From an uncultured Deinococcaceae bacterium (lineage in GTDB: Bacteria; Deinococcota; Deinococci; Deinococcales; Deinococcaceae), in contig CAXULY010000045.1 of NCBI GenBank assembly GCA_964252075.1, forward strand, positions 1 through 24,323: DNA of 24,323 bases, given 5' to 3'. Made by a program: the position numbers and the translations under genes. Positions 1 to 8,456 of the stretch are shown one piece after another; within the stretch, counting starts at the first letter, position 1; each line of letters starts with the position of its first letter. The notes under the pieces were generated by a model. The model saw only the letters and a list, made by a program, of their open reading frames with translations. It searched no databases and had not been told where the DNA came from.

Positions 1-156
1 GCGGCGCGGCGGGACGTCGCTACCGGGCCGGGCGTTGCCGTCCAGGAAGGCCTGCATCCACGGGCCCTGCTGCGCGGCGAGGGCGCGGAGGCGGGCGTCC
101 GGCGCGAGCACCTCATGGTGCGCGTCGAGGCCGTCCCCGCGGCGGGTTGTGAGCAA
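1..156 (-). CDS. Partial small hypothetical protein, paralogue of 2189-2380; runs off the window edge, start uncertain
   Basis: Manual minus-strand translation LLTTRRGDGLDAHHEVLAPDARLRALAAQQGPWMQAFLDGNARPGSDVPPRR aligns with AHDEVLVPDARNRALAAQQSPWTQAYVDGSAVLGGDSPPRR of 2189-2380. Not in the ORF track; TTG at 156 is the assumed start. Confidence 0.6.
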   Translation of the reverse strand, partial: MLTTRRGDGLDAHHEVLAPDARLRALAAQQGPWMQAFLDGNARPGSDVPPRR

Positions 157-317
157 CGGATGTGGTAGCTTGAGCGAGCCGCGCCTGTTCTCGCGCAGCA
201 AAGGAGGTCGTATGGTCAGCCCGGTTCTGTTCACTCCAGCTCACCTACGCCCTCTTGTGCTGCTTCAAGGAGAACACTGTGCCCACGTCTGTTGGATGGC
301 CGACTGATCACGTCGGC

Positions 318-1271
318 ATGACCGAGCGGTTTGCCGACGCCACCCTGGCGCAGGCCGCACCCATGCTGAGCCGCTGGTACGCCCAGGAGGAACTGCGGGC
401 GCAGTTCCGTGACGCGTTGCGCCTGGAGGTCGAGCGCGTCTTCAGTGATGAGCTCGCGGCGCTGTTCCGTCAACATGCGCCGGTTCCCGGGGTCGGGACC
501 GACGAGGCCTACAAGAACCGGGTGGTGGAGGTGCCTCACCTGGGCACCGCCCTGGTGGGCATTCGCTTCCGGGCGCTCGATCTCTCCCGGCCTTTCGTCA
601 CGGTTGCCGCCCACACGGCGCCCCTTCCTGACCCCGCAGGAATACAGGAGGCCGTGTCCGCCCTCCGCGAGGCGTTTGCCGTGTTTGCGCCCACGCACGT
701 TCAGGTGTTCGTCCCTGCGGGGGTCCCGCTGGACGCTGACCGGTTCCCTTCCGGCGCCCACTGGGATGTCCACGTCGTCGCGGCGCCGGTGGCGCAGCTT
801 CGTGAGCGCCCCCTGCCCGCCCACCATGAGCGGGTGGCGCTCCGGGTGCCGGCCGATCTGACGTTCTACCCCAGGTACGTGCAGGAGTTCGAGGCCCTGT
901 TCGCGCGGCACCCGGAACATCGGGACTTCACGCGGATCGAGGCGGAGGAGGACCTCGCCGGGTATCGTGACCAGGGCTTGGTGTTCGAGGTCCGGATCGA
1001 TGGCCGTTGGGCTGGCGTCGTGGCCGCGACGCGCGCTGCGGAACAGGGCCTTCGTGGGTTCGTCGTGGTCGAGATGTTCTTGGACCGCGCGCATCGGGGA
1101 CGCGGTCTGGGGCCAGCCGTCGGGCGACACCTGCTGGACCACCTGCCTGCGGAGACGGGCGACGTGTTGTATGGCACGATTCATCACGACAATCGGGCGG
1201 CCCGGCGCAGTGCCGCTCGGGGCGGGCGCGAGGACCTGGGTGCGTTCTTCTGGGTGCGTTCCTCGCGGTAG
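318..1271 (+). CDS. GNAT-family N-acetyltransferase-like protein (C-terminal GNAT domain)
   Basis: ATG at 318 inside ORF 255-1271. GC3-rich codons. Acetyl-CoA-binding motif A (MFLDRAHRGRGLG) and downstream GTIHHDNRAA motif. Confidence 0.75.
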   Translation: MTERFADATLAQAAPMLSRWYAQEELRAQFRDALRLEVERVFSDELAALFRQHAPVPGVGTDEAYKNRVVEVPHLGTALVGIRFRALDLSRPFVTVAAHTAPLPDPAGIQEAVSALREAFAVFAPTHVQVFVPAGVPLDADRFPSGAHWDVHVVAAPVAQLRERPLPAHHERVALRVPADLTFYPRYVQEFEALFARHPEHRDFTRIEAEEDLAGYRDQGLVFEVRIDGRWAGVVAATRAAEQGLRGFVVVEMFLDRAHRGRGLGPAVGRHLLDHLPAETGDVLYGTIHHDNRAARRSAARGGREDLGAFFWVRSSR

Positions 1272-1322
1272 CCCTCAGGGAGGGGTGGAACGGGGCGCGC
1301 TGAGCGCCCCTCGTGCGGCTGG

Positions 1323-1702
1323 TCATCTTGGCTTGCGGTGGCCCCCGCTCGCCGCGCCGAACGGGTTCGTGGCGTGAACAGAGGAGATGGCAATCGTGGC
1401 GGACCGCCGAGGTCGATTCGTGTCGTGACCCCGCTCGAGCGGCCCGGTGGCGCGGAGGCGGGCGATCAGCGCGGTGCGCTTCTGGAGTTCCGTGCGCGCG
1501 CCGCGCTTCAGGGTGTCCTCCAGCTTGCCCAGTTCGTGCGGGAGCTGGTCGGTGCCCTCGCGGCGGGTGGTGCCGCTGAACTCCGCGGTGCTGATCAGGA
1601 TGACCTCGCTGCCCGGGCCGTCGTGCAGAGTGTAAGGGTGTACCCGCTGGCGCGGTTCGCTTCGTGGACGGCGTCGGCGGCGAGGCGGTCGGCGGCGCTC
1701 AT
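1323..1702 (-). pseudogene. Frameshifted small hypothetical gene
   Basis: MSAADRLAADAVHEANRASGYTL (ATG 1702) continues with coding-like codon usage only after a frame change near 1630 (LHDGPGSEVILISTAEFSGTTRREGTDQLPHELGKLEDTLKRG...), ending at TGA 1323. Confidence 0.4.
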
Positions 1703-1704
1703 GC

Positions 1705-1911
1705 CTACAGCCCTTCGCCCTCGAGGCGGTCCAGCTCGTCCTGGCCGAGACTGCACTCGACGCACAGCTGCCCGCCTCTGTCGACCTCGCCGCAGCCCGG
1801 GCCGATGCGCGTCAGGTCCGCGAGGCTCCGGAAGCAGAGCACCTCCTGTCCTGCCACCGGCCACCGAAAGATGGCCAGGTGGTGGCGGGTGACCGCTGCC
1901 ACCCCCTTCAC
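1705..1911 (-). CDS. Small Cys-containing hypothetical protein
   Basis: 3' part of ORF 1705-2343 (VKGVAAVTRHHLAIFRWPVAGQEVLCFRSL...CGEVDRGGQLCVECSLGQDELDRLEGEGL). Its stop is 2 nt before the next ATG (1702). Start uncertain. Confidence 0.35.
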   Translation of the reverse strand: MKGVAAVTRHHLAIFRWPVAGQEVLCFRSLADLTRIGPGCGEVDRGGQLCVECSLGQDELDRLEGEGL

Positions 1912-2188
1912 GCCGCGACCGCTGCGCGGCCGGTCACCGCGAGGAGTCATTCGGCTTCTGCGCGGCTGACGGTGCGGACCTTGCCGCTTGTTTCGCTCTC
2001 TGCGCGGAAGGCGCTGGCGAAGGGCTGCTACGCGACCATGGGGACAAGGCGGGAGAGTTCGGCGGTGGCGATGCCCGCGATGTGGCGGGTGGGGGCAGGG
2101 GTTCGAACATAAGGCCCTCCACGCACTGCCCACCGCCGAGGAAACCAGCGCCCAACCCAGCCTGTTCTGACCCGTGCAGGCGGGCCGC

Positions 2189-2380
2189 TCAGCCCACACG
2201 GCGCGGCGGGGAGTCGCCGCCCAGCACGGCGCTGCCGTCCACGTAGGCCTGCGTCCAGGGAGACTGCTGCGCGGCGAGCGCGCGGTTGCGGGCGTCCGGC
2301 ACGAGCACCTCATCGTGCGCCTTCTCGGGGCTGCGGAACACACGCCGCATGAAGGCGTGCAGGGTGGATGCTGATGGCAT
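2189..2380 (-). CDS. 63-aa hypothetical protein directly downstream of the histidine kinase
   Basis: ATG 8 nt after the kinase stop. A paralogue at 1-156 is conserved at protein level. Confidence 0.6.
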   Translation of the reverse strand: MPSASTLHAFMRRVFRSPEKAHDEVLVPDARNRALAAQQSPWTQAYVDGSAVLGGDSPPRRVG

Positions 2381-2388
2381 GCCGGGCC

Positions 2389-4677
2389 TCACCCGTCAGC
2401 TGCTTCCGGGTTGGTGGGGTGCTTGGGGAGGGTGAAGCCAAAGGTGGCGCCCTCCCCAAGCACGCTGTGGGCGAAGACCGTGCCGCCGTGGCGCGCCACA
2501 ATGCGCCGCACGTTCGCGAGGCCCACCCCGACACCCGCGAAGTCCTGCGCGCGGTGCAGGCGCTGGAAGATCCCGAACAGCTTGTCGGTGTAGCGCGGGT
2601 CGAAGCCCACGCCGTTGTCCCGCACGAACACCCGCCACACGTGCGCGTCGTCCTGCACCCATACCTCAATGACGGCGCGGGCGCGTTGACTGGTGTACTT
2701 CACGGCGTTCGAGAGCAGGTTCGTCATGACCTGCTGCAGCGTGTCCCGGTCCCCCAGCACGGCCGGCAGCGCCGCGATGCGCCACGTGACGTCGCGGCCC
2801 GCGAGGTCCGTTTCGAGGTCCGCCTGCGCCTGCCGCACCAGCGCCTCCAGGTCCACGGGCCCCAACTGCAGCTCACGGCGCCCCAGGCGGGACAGCTCCA
2901 GCATCGCGTCAATCAGTTCGCGCATGCGCCCGCTGGCCTGCTCGATGATGCCGAGGTACCGGTCGGTCTTTGCCGCGTCGCCCTGAGCCTGCTGCGCGAG
3001 CTGCGCGAAGCTGGTGATGTGCCGCACGGGCGTCATGAGGTCATGCGAGACGCTGTAATTGAAGGCCTCCAGCTCCTCGTTCGCCTGCTCCAGCGCCAAG
3101 GTGCGCTCCTGCAATTGTGCGACGCCTTCCGCGCGCTCGAGGATCAACCCGAGGTTCGTCATGATGGTTTCCAGCAGCGTGCGCTCCACCGCCGTCCACG
3201 GCCGCTCCTCATGGATGCCCACCGCCAGCACCCCGGACACGCGCTCGTTCACGATGACCGGCAAGGCGGCACTCGTGCGGATCACCGTGATCTCGCGGTG
3301 CACCGCCGCCACGGACGCCGGGTCGTGCTGGTCCTGGTAGTACGGGCGGCGCGTGTCGAACGCGGCGTCCACGTTCACGGTGTGCCCGCGTGGCAGGCCG
3401 CGCTGCAGGCCCGCCAGCAACGCCAGGTTCTGAAAGGCGCCCCGGTGCGAGCGCAGGCGCCACCACGAGCCTTGCAGTTCGTAGTACGTGCTGACGCTGT
3501 CGGGCAGCATCGACACCAGGATGTCCTGCGCGCGCCCCACCAGCGCCAGCGGGTCGCGGTCCAGCGTGAGGTCGCGGGTGAGCTGCGCGAACGCCTCCAG
3601 CGCGCGGGCGCGGAGGGCCAGCTCGCGGTTCTGGTCGAGAAGGCGCCGCGCGGCGTGCGTGCGCTCCAGCGCGAGGTCCAGCCCGCGCCCCACCGCCCGG
3701 AAGATGGCGCGGTCGCGGTCCGCCCAGCGCGCCTGACCCTTCAGGCCCAGCACGATGAAGCCCTGCACCTCGCCCCCCGCGATCACCGGGTAGGCCGCGA
3801 CGGTGCCGTACATGTCGCTGTCCTCGATGCCTTCGTGCGCCGCATCCCAGTCTTCGGTGAAGGTGGGCGCGCGCGTCTCCAGCAGCTCCGTGATGAACGG
3901 TGTGGCGCTGGGCAGTCCGGCCTGCAGGGCCTTCAGGAACTCCGGGCGGTCATTCAGGTCGTCGGTCCACGTCCGTAACTTCCAGGAGTCACCGACGCGT
4001 GCGTAATACCCGCCTGAGGTGTCTCCAAAATGCACGCGAAGGGTGTCCACCGCGCGTTGAGCCAGGTGCGACACGTCCGTTTCGCTGCCCACCGCTTCGC
4101 TGTACGTGACGAAGGCGTCCAGCGTGGCGGTGCGCGCCTGCACGCGCTGGTCCAGGCGGTCCAGGAGGGCCACGCGGTCGAGGGCGAGGGCCGCCTGCAC
4201 GGTGAGGGTGCGCAGGAAGCGCCGCTCCTCCGGCGTGAAGGGGTGCGGCTCGCGGAAGTCCAGCACCAGCACGCCCAGCGCCTGGTCGTCCAGCATGAGG
4301 GGCAGCACGGCGGTCGCGACGGCCGCCACGCCGCCGGAGCGCGCTTCCAGTTCAGGGTAGGCGGCGTTCAGGGCGCCCGCATGCTCGAAGAAGAGGGGCT
4401 GCCCGGCGTTCAGGGCGTCATTGACGGGACTGGCGTCCGCACGGGCGCCGTCCCGCCACAGGCTGTGCGCGCCCGCCGCGTCGCCCTGCGTGAGGACCCG
4501 CTGCAGGCGGTCGTCGTGCACCAGCAGCACGGCACCCCCCAGGGCGCCGACGGCGTGCTGGGCGGCGTCCAGCACGCGGCGCAAGATGTCGGCTTGGGTG
4601 CGGGCGGCGGCGAGGCGTTCGGTGACCGCCTGCAGGCCCTCACTCAGCCCGAGGTGCGCCGCCCACGGTTCGGACAT
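2389..4677 (-). CDS. Multi-GAF sensor histidine kinase (phytochrome/Cph1-type HisKA + HATPase_c)
   Basis: H-box ELEAFNYSVSHDLMTPVRHI, N-box QVMTNLLSNAVKYT, G1 DNGVGF, F-box LFGIFQRLH, G2 GVGVGLA. About three GAF-like segments (e.g. LPLMLDDQALGVLVLDFREPHPFTPEE). No transmembrane helix. TATTCT 6 nt before the ATG. Confidence 0.93.
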   Translation of the reverse strand: MSEPWAAHLGLSEGLQAVTERLAAARTQADILRRVLDAAQHAVGALGGAVLLVHDDRLQRVLTQGDAAGAHSLWRDGARADASPVNDALNAGQPLFFEHAGALNAAYPELEARSGGVAAVATAVLPLMLDDQALGVLVLDFREPHPFTPEERRFLRTLTVQAALALDRVALLDRLDQRVQARTATLDAFVTYSEAVGSETDVSHLAQRAVDTLRVHFGDTSGGYYARVGDSWKLRTWTDDLNDRPEFLKALQAGLPSATPFITELLETRAPTFTEDWDAAHEGIEDSDMYGTVAAYPVIAGGEVQGFIVLGLKGQARWADRDRAIFRAVGRGLDLALERTHAARRLLDQNRELALRARALEAFAQLTRDLTLDRDPLALVGRAQDILVSMLPDSVSTYYELQGSWWRLRSHRGAFQNLALLAGLQRGLPRGHTVNVDAAFDTRRPYYQDQHDPASVAAVHREITVIRTSAALPVIVNERVSGVLAVGIHEERPWTAVERTLLETIMTNLGLILERAEGVAQLQERTLALEQANEELEAFNYSVSHDLMTPVRHITSFAQLAQQAQGDAAKTDRYLGIIEQASGRMRELIDAMLELSRLGRRELQLGPVDLEALVRQAQADLETDLAGRDVTWRIAALPAVLGDRDTLQQVMTNLLSNAVKYTSQRARAVIEVWVQDDAHVWRVFVRDNGVGFDPRYTDKLFGIFQRLHRAQDFAGVGVGLANVRRIVARHGGTVFAHSVLGEGATFGFTLPKHPTNPEAADG

Positions 4678-4729
4678 ATCGGGAGAATAGCGCGGGTGGG
4701 GTGCGCTTCAAGGGAGTGACAGGCGTGGT

Positions 4730-5035
4730 GTGCTGGAAGACCGGCGCGACGGTGGGCCTGGCCTGACGTGGGAGGACTGCCTGCACGCGAACGCGGACGT
4801 GGAGCCGCCCGTGCGGCTGGCCGCCGTGCACGCCGTCGCTCCGGAGCGTGAGGTGGCGGGTCTGGGGCTGCTGGCGGCGTGGCACAGTGTGCGCCTCGCG
4901 CGGCCCCTGGTGGCGTTCCCGGACGCGCCGGTGAGCGCGCAGGGGCCGACGCGGGCACATGCGGAGGCGCGGCTGCTGAGCGGCCTGGCGCCGTACGGGG
5001 TGGCGGAGTTGCTGGTCGGCGACGTGCCCGCGTGA
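4730..5035 (+). CDS. Hypothetical protein (101 aa), divergent from the kinase
   Basis: GC3-rich ORF filling the gap; no recognisable motif. Confidence 0.5.
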   Translation: MLEDRRDGGPGLTWEDCLHANADVEPPVRLAAVHAVAPEREVAGLGLLAAWHSVRLARPLVAFPDAPVSAQGPTRAHAEARLLSGLAPYGVAELLVGDVPA

Positions 5036-5052
5036 TTTAGAGCAACTCAGGG

Positions 5053-5092
5053 GGCGTTTTTGTAGGGTCGCGTGCGACCCCACAAGTGCTTT
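5053..5092. repeat. ~40-bp palindrome-containing site, copy 1
   Basis: ggcgtttTTGTagGGTCGCgtGCGACCccACAAgtgcttt; 32/40 identical to 6067-6106, same orientation. Confidence 0.8.
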
Positions 5093-5145
5093 TCCAGGTC
5101 GTGGCGCGCCGCCTCCGGTTCAGGAGGGCGGCCAGGGTAAATCGA

Positions 5146-5364
5146 TCAGGCCCTGGCGTCCTCAGGCAACAGCTCGCCCAGCAGCACCGGCCCCTGCCCA
5201 TCCCCAAAGTGCAGAACCCCCACCACCCGGAACGCCTGATCCTGGAACATCACCTGATGCCCCGGTTTGACCACCTCCGCACCCTGAAGCAGCTCGATGA
5301 CAAACAGCTCCCCGGCGCGTGCCAAGTCCACCGGACGGACCCCTTTGGCTTCCACGCTCGACAT
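5146..5364 (-). CDS. 72-aa uncharacterised protein, receiver-associated family member 1
   Basis: FRVVGVLHFGDGQGPVLLG matches YKVVGVLDFGDGTGPVVLG of 8168-8392. TAGCGT 6 nt before the ATG. Confidence 0.8.
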   Translation of the reverse strand: MSSVEAKGVRPVDLARAGELFVIELLQGAEVVKPGHQVMFQDQAFRVVGVLHFGDGQGPVLLGELLPEDARA

Positions 5365-5439
5365 GCCCCCACGCTAAGCGCGTCTCATCAATGCGAGCTG
5401 ACAGTTGCCCCAACAGGCGGACCATCCCACGCTCATCAT

Positions 5440-5886
5440 TCAGCAGGGGCGGTGCAGCGGAAAACCCTCCTGCAGGCGGGTGGGGAGTCGGGCGCCCAGC
5501 CAAAACGTCAGGAACGCCTCCATCTGCCGCGCCGAGCGCTCCGGATGGGCCGGCTTCAGCAGGTACCCGCTGGCCTGCAGGTCGTACGCGCGCTGCACGT
5601 CCTCGTCCCGGTCGTTCGCGGTCAGCATCACCACCGGAATCAGGCGCCACGCCGGGTGGGCCTTGAGGTGCTCCAGGACCGCGAAGCCGTCCATGCCGGG
5701 CATCTCGACGTCCAGCAGGATCAAATCTGGGGCGGCCGGGGCGTCCTGCAGGAAGCGCAGGGCCTCGTGGCCTCCGGTGACGGCGGTCAGGACGTGCGGT
5801 TGGGGCTGCGACTGCAGCATCAGTTCCAGGAGGGCCAGTTCGGTGGGGTCGTCGTCCACCAGCAGCACGTGCAGGGGGGGCGTCAC
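5440..5886 (-). CDS. Single-domain response regulator, Rcp1/CheY-like
   Basis: VLLVDDD, LILLDVEMPGMDG (phospho-Asp), IPVVMLT, KP, and C-terminal FW typical of Rcp1-type receivers. GTG 5886 preceded by GGAG. Confidence 0.92.
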   Translation of the reverse strand: MTPPLHVLLVDDDPTELALLELMLQSQPQPHVLTAVTGGHEALRFLQDAPAAPDLILLDVEMPGMDGFAVLEHLKAHPAWRLIPVVMLTANDRDEDVQRAYDLQASGYLLKPAHPERSARQMEAFLTFWLGARLPTRLQEGFPLHRPC

Positions 5887-6066
5887 GTCAGGACTCCGGT
5901 GGGGGGCGCGCATGGCGCTTGGTGGGGCCACGTCATGCTTTATGTTAAGCCAAGATCAAGGACCGGACCTTCGCAACGAACAGAAACGCGGATGCGCCTG
6001 TTGAGCGCTTGCGTCCGATGGGGTGGCGGGGGCGCAGTCTGCCCGCGTGATCGAGGAAGAATTAGT

Positions 6067-6106
6067 GACGTGTTTGCGAGGTCGCGTGCGACCCTGCAAG
6101 TCCTTT
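6067..6106. repeat. ~40-bp palindrome-containing site, copy 2
   Basis: gacgtgtTTGCgaGGTCGCgtGCGACCctGCAAgtccttt; direct repeat of 5053-5092. Confidence 0.8.
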
Positions 6107-6161
6107 GCATGACCCCTTACTTTAGTGTTCCATTTATGGTACGTCTGTTGTAATGAAATGC

Positions 6162-6335
6162 ATGAAGTTCAAAGAGGTGCGGAAGAAATATAGAGACGCG
6201 GGCTGGGAGAAGTTAAAGCAAAACGGCAGCCACGAACAGGGGAGAAAGGGCACAGAACGGGAAACCATCGCAGGAAAGGATTCAGATGACGTGCCCAGAG
6301 GCACACTAAAGACCCTCCTGAACCGCCTGAAATAA
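6162..6335 (+). CDS. hicA: HicA-family toxin (dsRBD-fold mRNA interferase)
   Basis: 57-aa basic protein, MKFKEV..AGW...QNGSHEQ..., DDVPRGTLKTLL. Lies upstream of a HicB-like gene; AT-rich relative to the flanks. Alternative start at 6153. Confidence 0.88.
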   Translation: MKFKEVRKKYRDAGWEKLKQNGSHEQGRKGTERETIAGKDSDDVPRGTLKTLLNRLK

Positions 6336-6337
6336 CC

Positions 6338-6357
6338 GAGGGGCCGAACGGCCCCTC
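6338..6357. other. Intergenic hairpin between hicA and hicB
   Basis: gaggggccg-aa-cggcccctc, perfect 9-bp inverted repeat. Confidence 0.7.
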
Positions 6358-6399
6358 CCCACCCCGCACCCGCACGTCATGCACCTCGAAGGGAATCCG

Positions 6400-6864
6400 A
6401 TGAACTACCTGGCCTTGATCGAACAAGACGGCGCCGCCTGGGGCGGCATGATCCCCGAGTTGCGCGTCACCGTGGTCGGCAAGTCCCGCGACGAGGTCCT
6501 CCGCCTCCTCTCCGAGGGCATCGCGTTCGCTATGTACGGCCTTCAGGAAGATGGTCTGCCCGTGCCCCTGCCGCAGCTGCGGGCCCTCGCGGAGCTGCCC
6601 GCTGAGGACCAGGAGGACTACAGCGGCATGGAGGTCGTGCGCGTCGACGGCGCGCCCATCAACCCCGTGAGCGTCGAGGTGGACCGCGCCATCCGCGCGA
6701 GTGGCCTCTCGGACCGCGAGGTCGCCCGGCGAATGGAGGCCAGCGCGAGCAGCGTGGGCCGCCTGCGCGACCTGTTCTATTGGGGGCACTCGCTGTCCAG
6801 CCTGACGCGCCTCGCGCAGGCCCTCGGGCGCCAGCTGGAAGTCCGCCTGCCCGTGGCGAGCTGA
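6400..6864 (+). CDS. hicB: HicB-family antitoxin with C-terminal HTH
   Basis: MNYLALIEQDGAAWGGMIPELRVTVVGKSRDEV... (HicB N-domain), EDGLPVPLP, then Xre-like HTH GLSDREVARRMEASASSVGRL...SLSSLTRLAQALG. Confidence 0.88.
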   Translation: MNYLALIEQDGAAWGGMIPELRVTVVGKSRDEVLRLLSEGIAFAMYGLQEDGLPVPLPQLRALAELPAEDQEDYSGMEVVRVDGAPINPVSVEVDRAIRASGLSDREVARRMEASASSVGRLRDLFYWGHSLSSLTRLAQALGRQLEVRLPVAS

Positions 6865-6883
6865 GCGACCCGCTCCCTGCTGC

Positions 6884-6913
6884 ACGGCCCCGCACCACCC
6901 GGTGCGGGGCCGT
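6884..6913 (+). terminator. Hairpin after hicB (putative terminator, weak U-tract)
   Basis: acggccccgcacc-accc-ggtgcggggccgt, 13-bp stem. Confidence 0.55.
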
Positions 6914-6924
6914 ATCGTGTGGAC

Positions 6925-7185
6925 GTGCGCCTCTTCGACCTGACCCCCGCCGAGCTGGGCAGAGAGATCGACATGGCCGACATGGGGGACTTCAGCGGCC
7001 GCGCCAGCCAGGACCTGCAGCTGCAGGTCACCACCTATCTGCGCGGGAAGCCCGAGCTGGCGCAGCAGGGGCAGGGCGCCTGGCTGTGGACCTTTGAGAT
7101 CAGCGAGGAGTTCACCGACGAGGACCAGGCTGCCGCCCAGCACTGGTCCGACGTGACTCTGCTCGCCGGGCCGCGCCTCCACTGA
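6925..7185 (+). CDS. Acidic hypothetical protein (~86 aa)
   Basis: Strong GC3 codon bias. TATCGT (6913-6918) 6 nt before GTG 6925; alternative start 6919. Confidence 0.65.
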   Translation: MRLFDLTPAELGREIDMADMGDFSGRASQDLQLQVTTYLRGKPELAQQGQGAWLWTFEISEEFTDEDQAAAQHWSDVTLLAGPRLH

Positions 7186-7435
7186 CCGCCCGCTGCCGAG
7201 GCGACTTGACACCGCACCAAAAACCGCCCTGGCGGCGCTCCACGTGCACCGGCGGGCGGGCACGAAGCGCCACCCCCACCGTACAAAACGACGGACCGGC
7301 GCTTGGGGTGCCGGTCCGCCTGGCGTCCTGGGTATCCGCCCGGTCCGCCAAGGGCAGTATAAGCGGCGGCCCACAGCGCATATGGACCGACCACAGGCAC
7401 CCCCCGTGACGGTGCCAGGGTCCCGCCAAAATACA

Positions 7436-7551
7436 CGGGCCGACCCCTGTATTGGTCGGCTCGCCCTGGGGCGCTCAACGCCGTGCACGTGCGGAACGCC
7501 CGGCCCAACAAAGACCAGCGCGGACGGCCACCACGCAAGGGAACCGCCCGC
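7436..7551 (-). repeat. Three-hairpin non-coding repeat unit
   Basis: Hairpins at 7436-7463, 7469-7501 (gcgctcaac...ggaacgc) and 7520-7551 (gcggacggccacca...ccgcccgc), collinear with 11830-11942. Confidence 0.6.
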
Positions 7552-7624
7552 ACCGACCGTCTAAAACGACTTGAGCGTCACCCCCAGAAGCGGCGTCGGG
7601 TGACGCCGGTACAATCGGGCCGTC

Positions 7625-8071
7625 ATGACCCACAGCCTGCACCCACTCCACGTGCTGCTCATTGACGACGAACAGGCCGACCTGGACTTGCTGCGCCTCG
7701 CCTTCAAAGGCCAGGCCCACCCCACCGAGTTGCTCACCGCCAGTGGTGGGCACGCCGCCCTGGACCTGCTGCGCGAAGGCACGCCCGTGGACCTGATCGT
7801 GCTGGACCTCTTCATGCCCGGCATGGACGGCTTTGAGGTGCTGCGCGCCGTGAAGGCCAGCCCGGAGCTGCATTTGATTCCGGTGGTGGTCCTCAGCAAC
7901 TCGCAGCGCGAGGAGGACATCACGCGGGCGTATGAGGCGTACGCCAGCGCCGTCCTGGTGAAACCCACGCACCTCGAGGCGCTGCAGCGGCTGGTGGAGG
8001 CGCTGCTGGCCTACTGGCGACACGCCCGATTGATCCGCCGGCCTGACGCACCGTACGGAACCGATCCATGA
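7625..8071 (+). CDS. Single-domain response regulator, Rcp1/CheY-like
   Basis: VLLIDDE, LIVLDLFMPGMDG, IPVVVLSNS, KP, YW. TACAAT at 7610-7615. Confidence 0.93.
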   Translation: MTHSLHPLHVLLIDDEQADLDLLRLAFKGQAHPTELLTASGGHAALDLLREGTPVDLIVLDLFMPGMDGFEVLRAVKASPELHLIPVVVLSNSQREEDITRAYEAYASAVLVKPTHLEALQRLVEALLAYWRHARLIRRPDAPYGTDP

Positions 8072-8167
8072 GGCGGACACCGACGGAAGCGCATGCCGCA
8101 AGGTCACGCGGGCTGAGGTTCACCGGCGGCTCTGACTGGCCTCACCTGCTGCGGGTCGAACGCGTCC

Positions 8168-8392
8168 ATGCCGTCTGTTCATGAACCGACCGTGCGCGCC
8201 CTGAATCCTGAACGCATGGCGGATTTGTTTGTGTTGGAGTTCGCCCAGGGCACACCGACACCGGACCTCATGTCGCGCGTGTGGAGTGGCGGTCAGCAGT
8301 ACAAGGTGGTGGGCGTCCTGGACTTTGGGGATGGCACCGGACCGGTGGTGCTGGGCCTCGAAATGGAACCGGAAGGCAACCTGCCCCTGTAA
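8168..8392 (+). CDS. 74-aa uncharacterised protein, receiver-associated family member 2
   Basis: 64/74 identical to 11576-11800; directly follows a receiver gene. Confidence 0.85.
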   Translation: MPSVHEPTVRALNPERMADLFVLEFAQGTPTPDLMSRVWSGGQQYKVVGVLDFGDGTGPVVLGLEMEPEGNLPL

Positions 8393-8456
8393 GTCAGGGG
8401 ATGCAGACAAAGGGTTCCGCGTGCTGCACCCTCGCGCGGCCCGTGCAGGGGCGGCT

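Noticed and set aside
2368..3978. 536-aa plus-strand ORF, and similar long ORFs at 231-1187, 5086-6153, 6169-7488, 12222-13397 and 19602-21731
   Set aside because: Antisense shadows of real genes in high-GC DNA; Arg/Ala/Gly-rich with no motifs.
2389..4677. Bacteriophytochrome photoreceptor
   Set aside because: The kinase core is phytochrome-type, but there is no PAS-GAF-PHY signature (DIP, PRxSF) and no chromophore Cys.
5935..6160. Radiation/desiccation response motif (RDRM, DdrO box)
   Set aside because: TTATGTT at 5939 lacks the symmetric right half; no convincing 17-bp palindrome.
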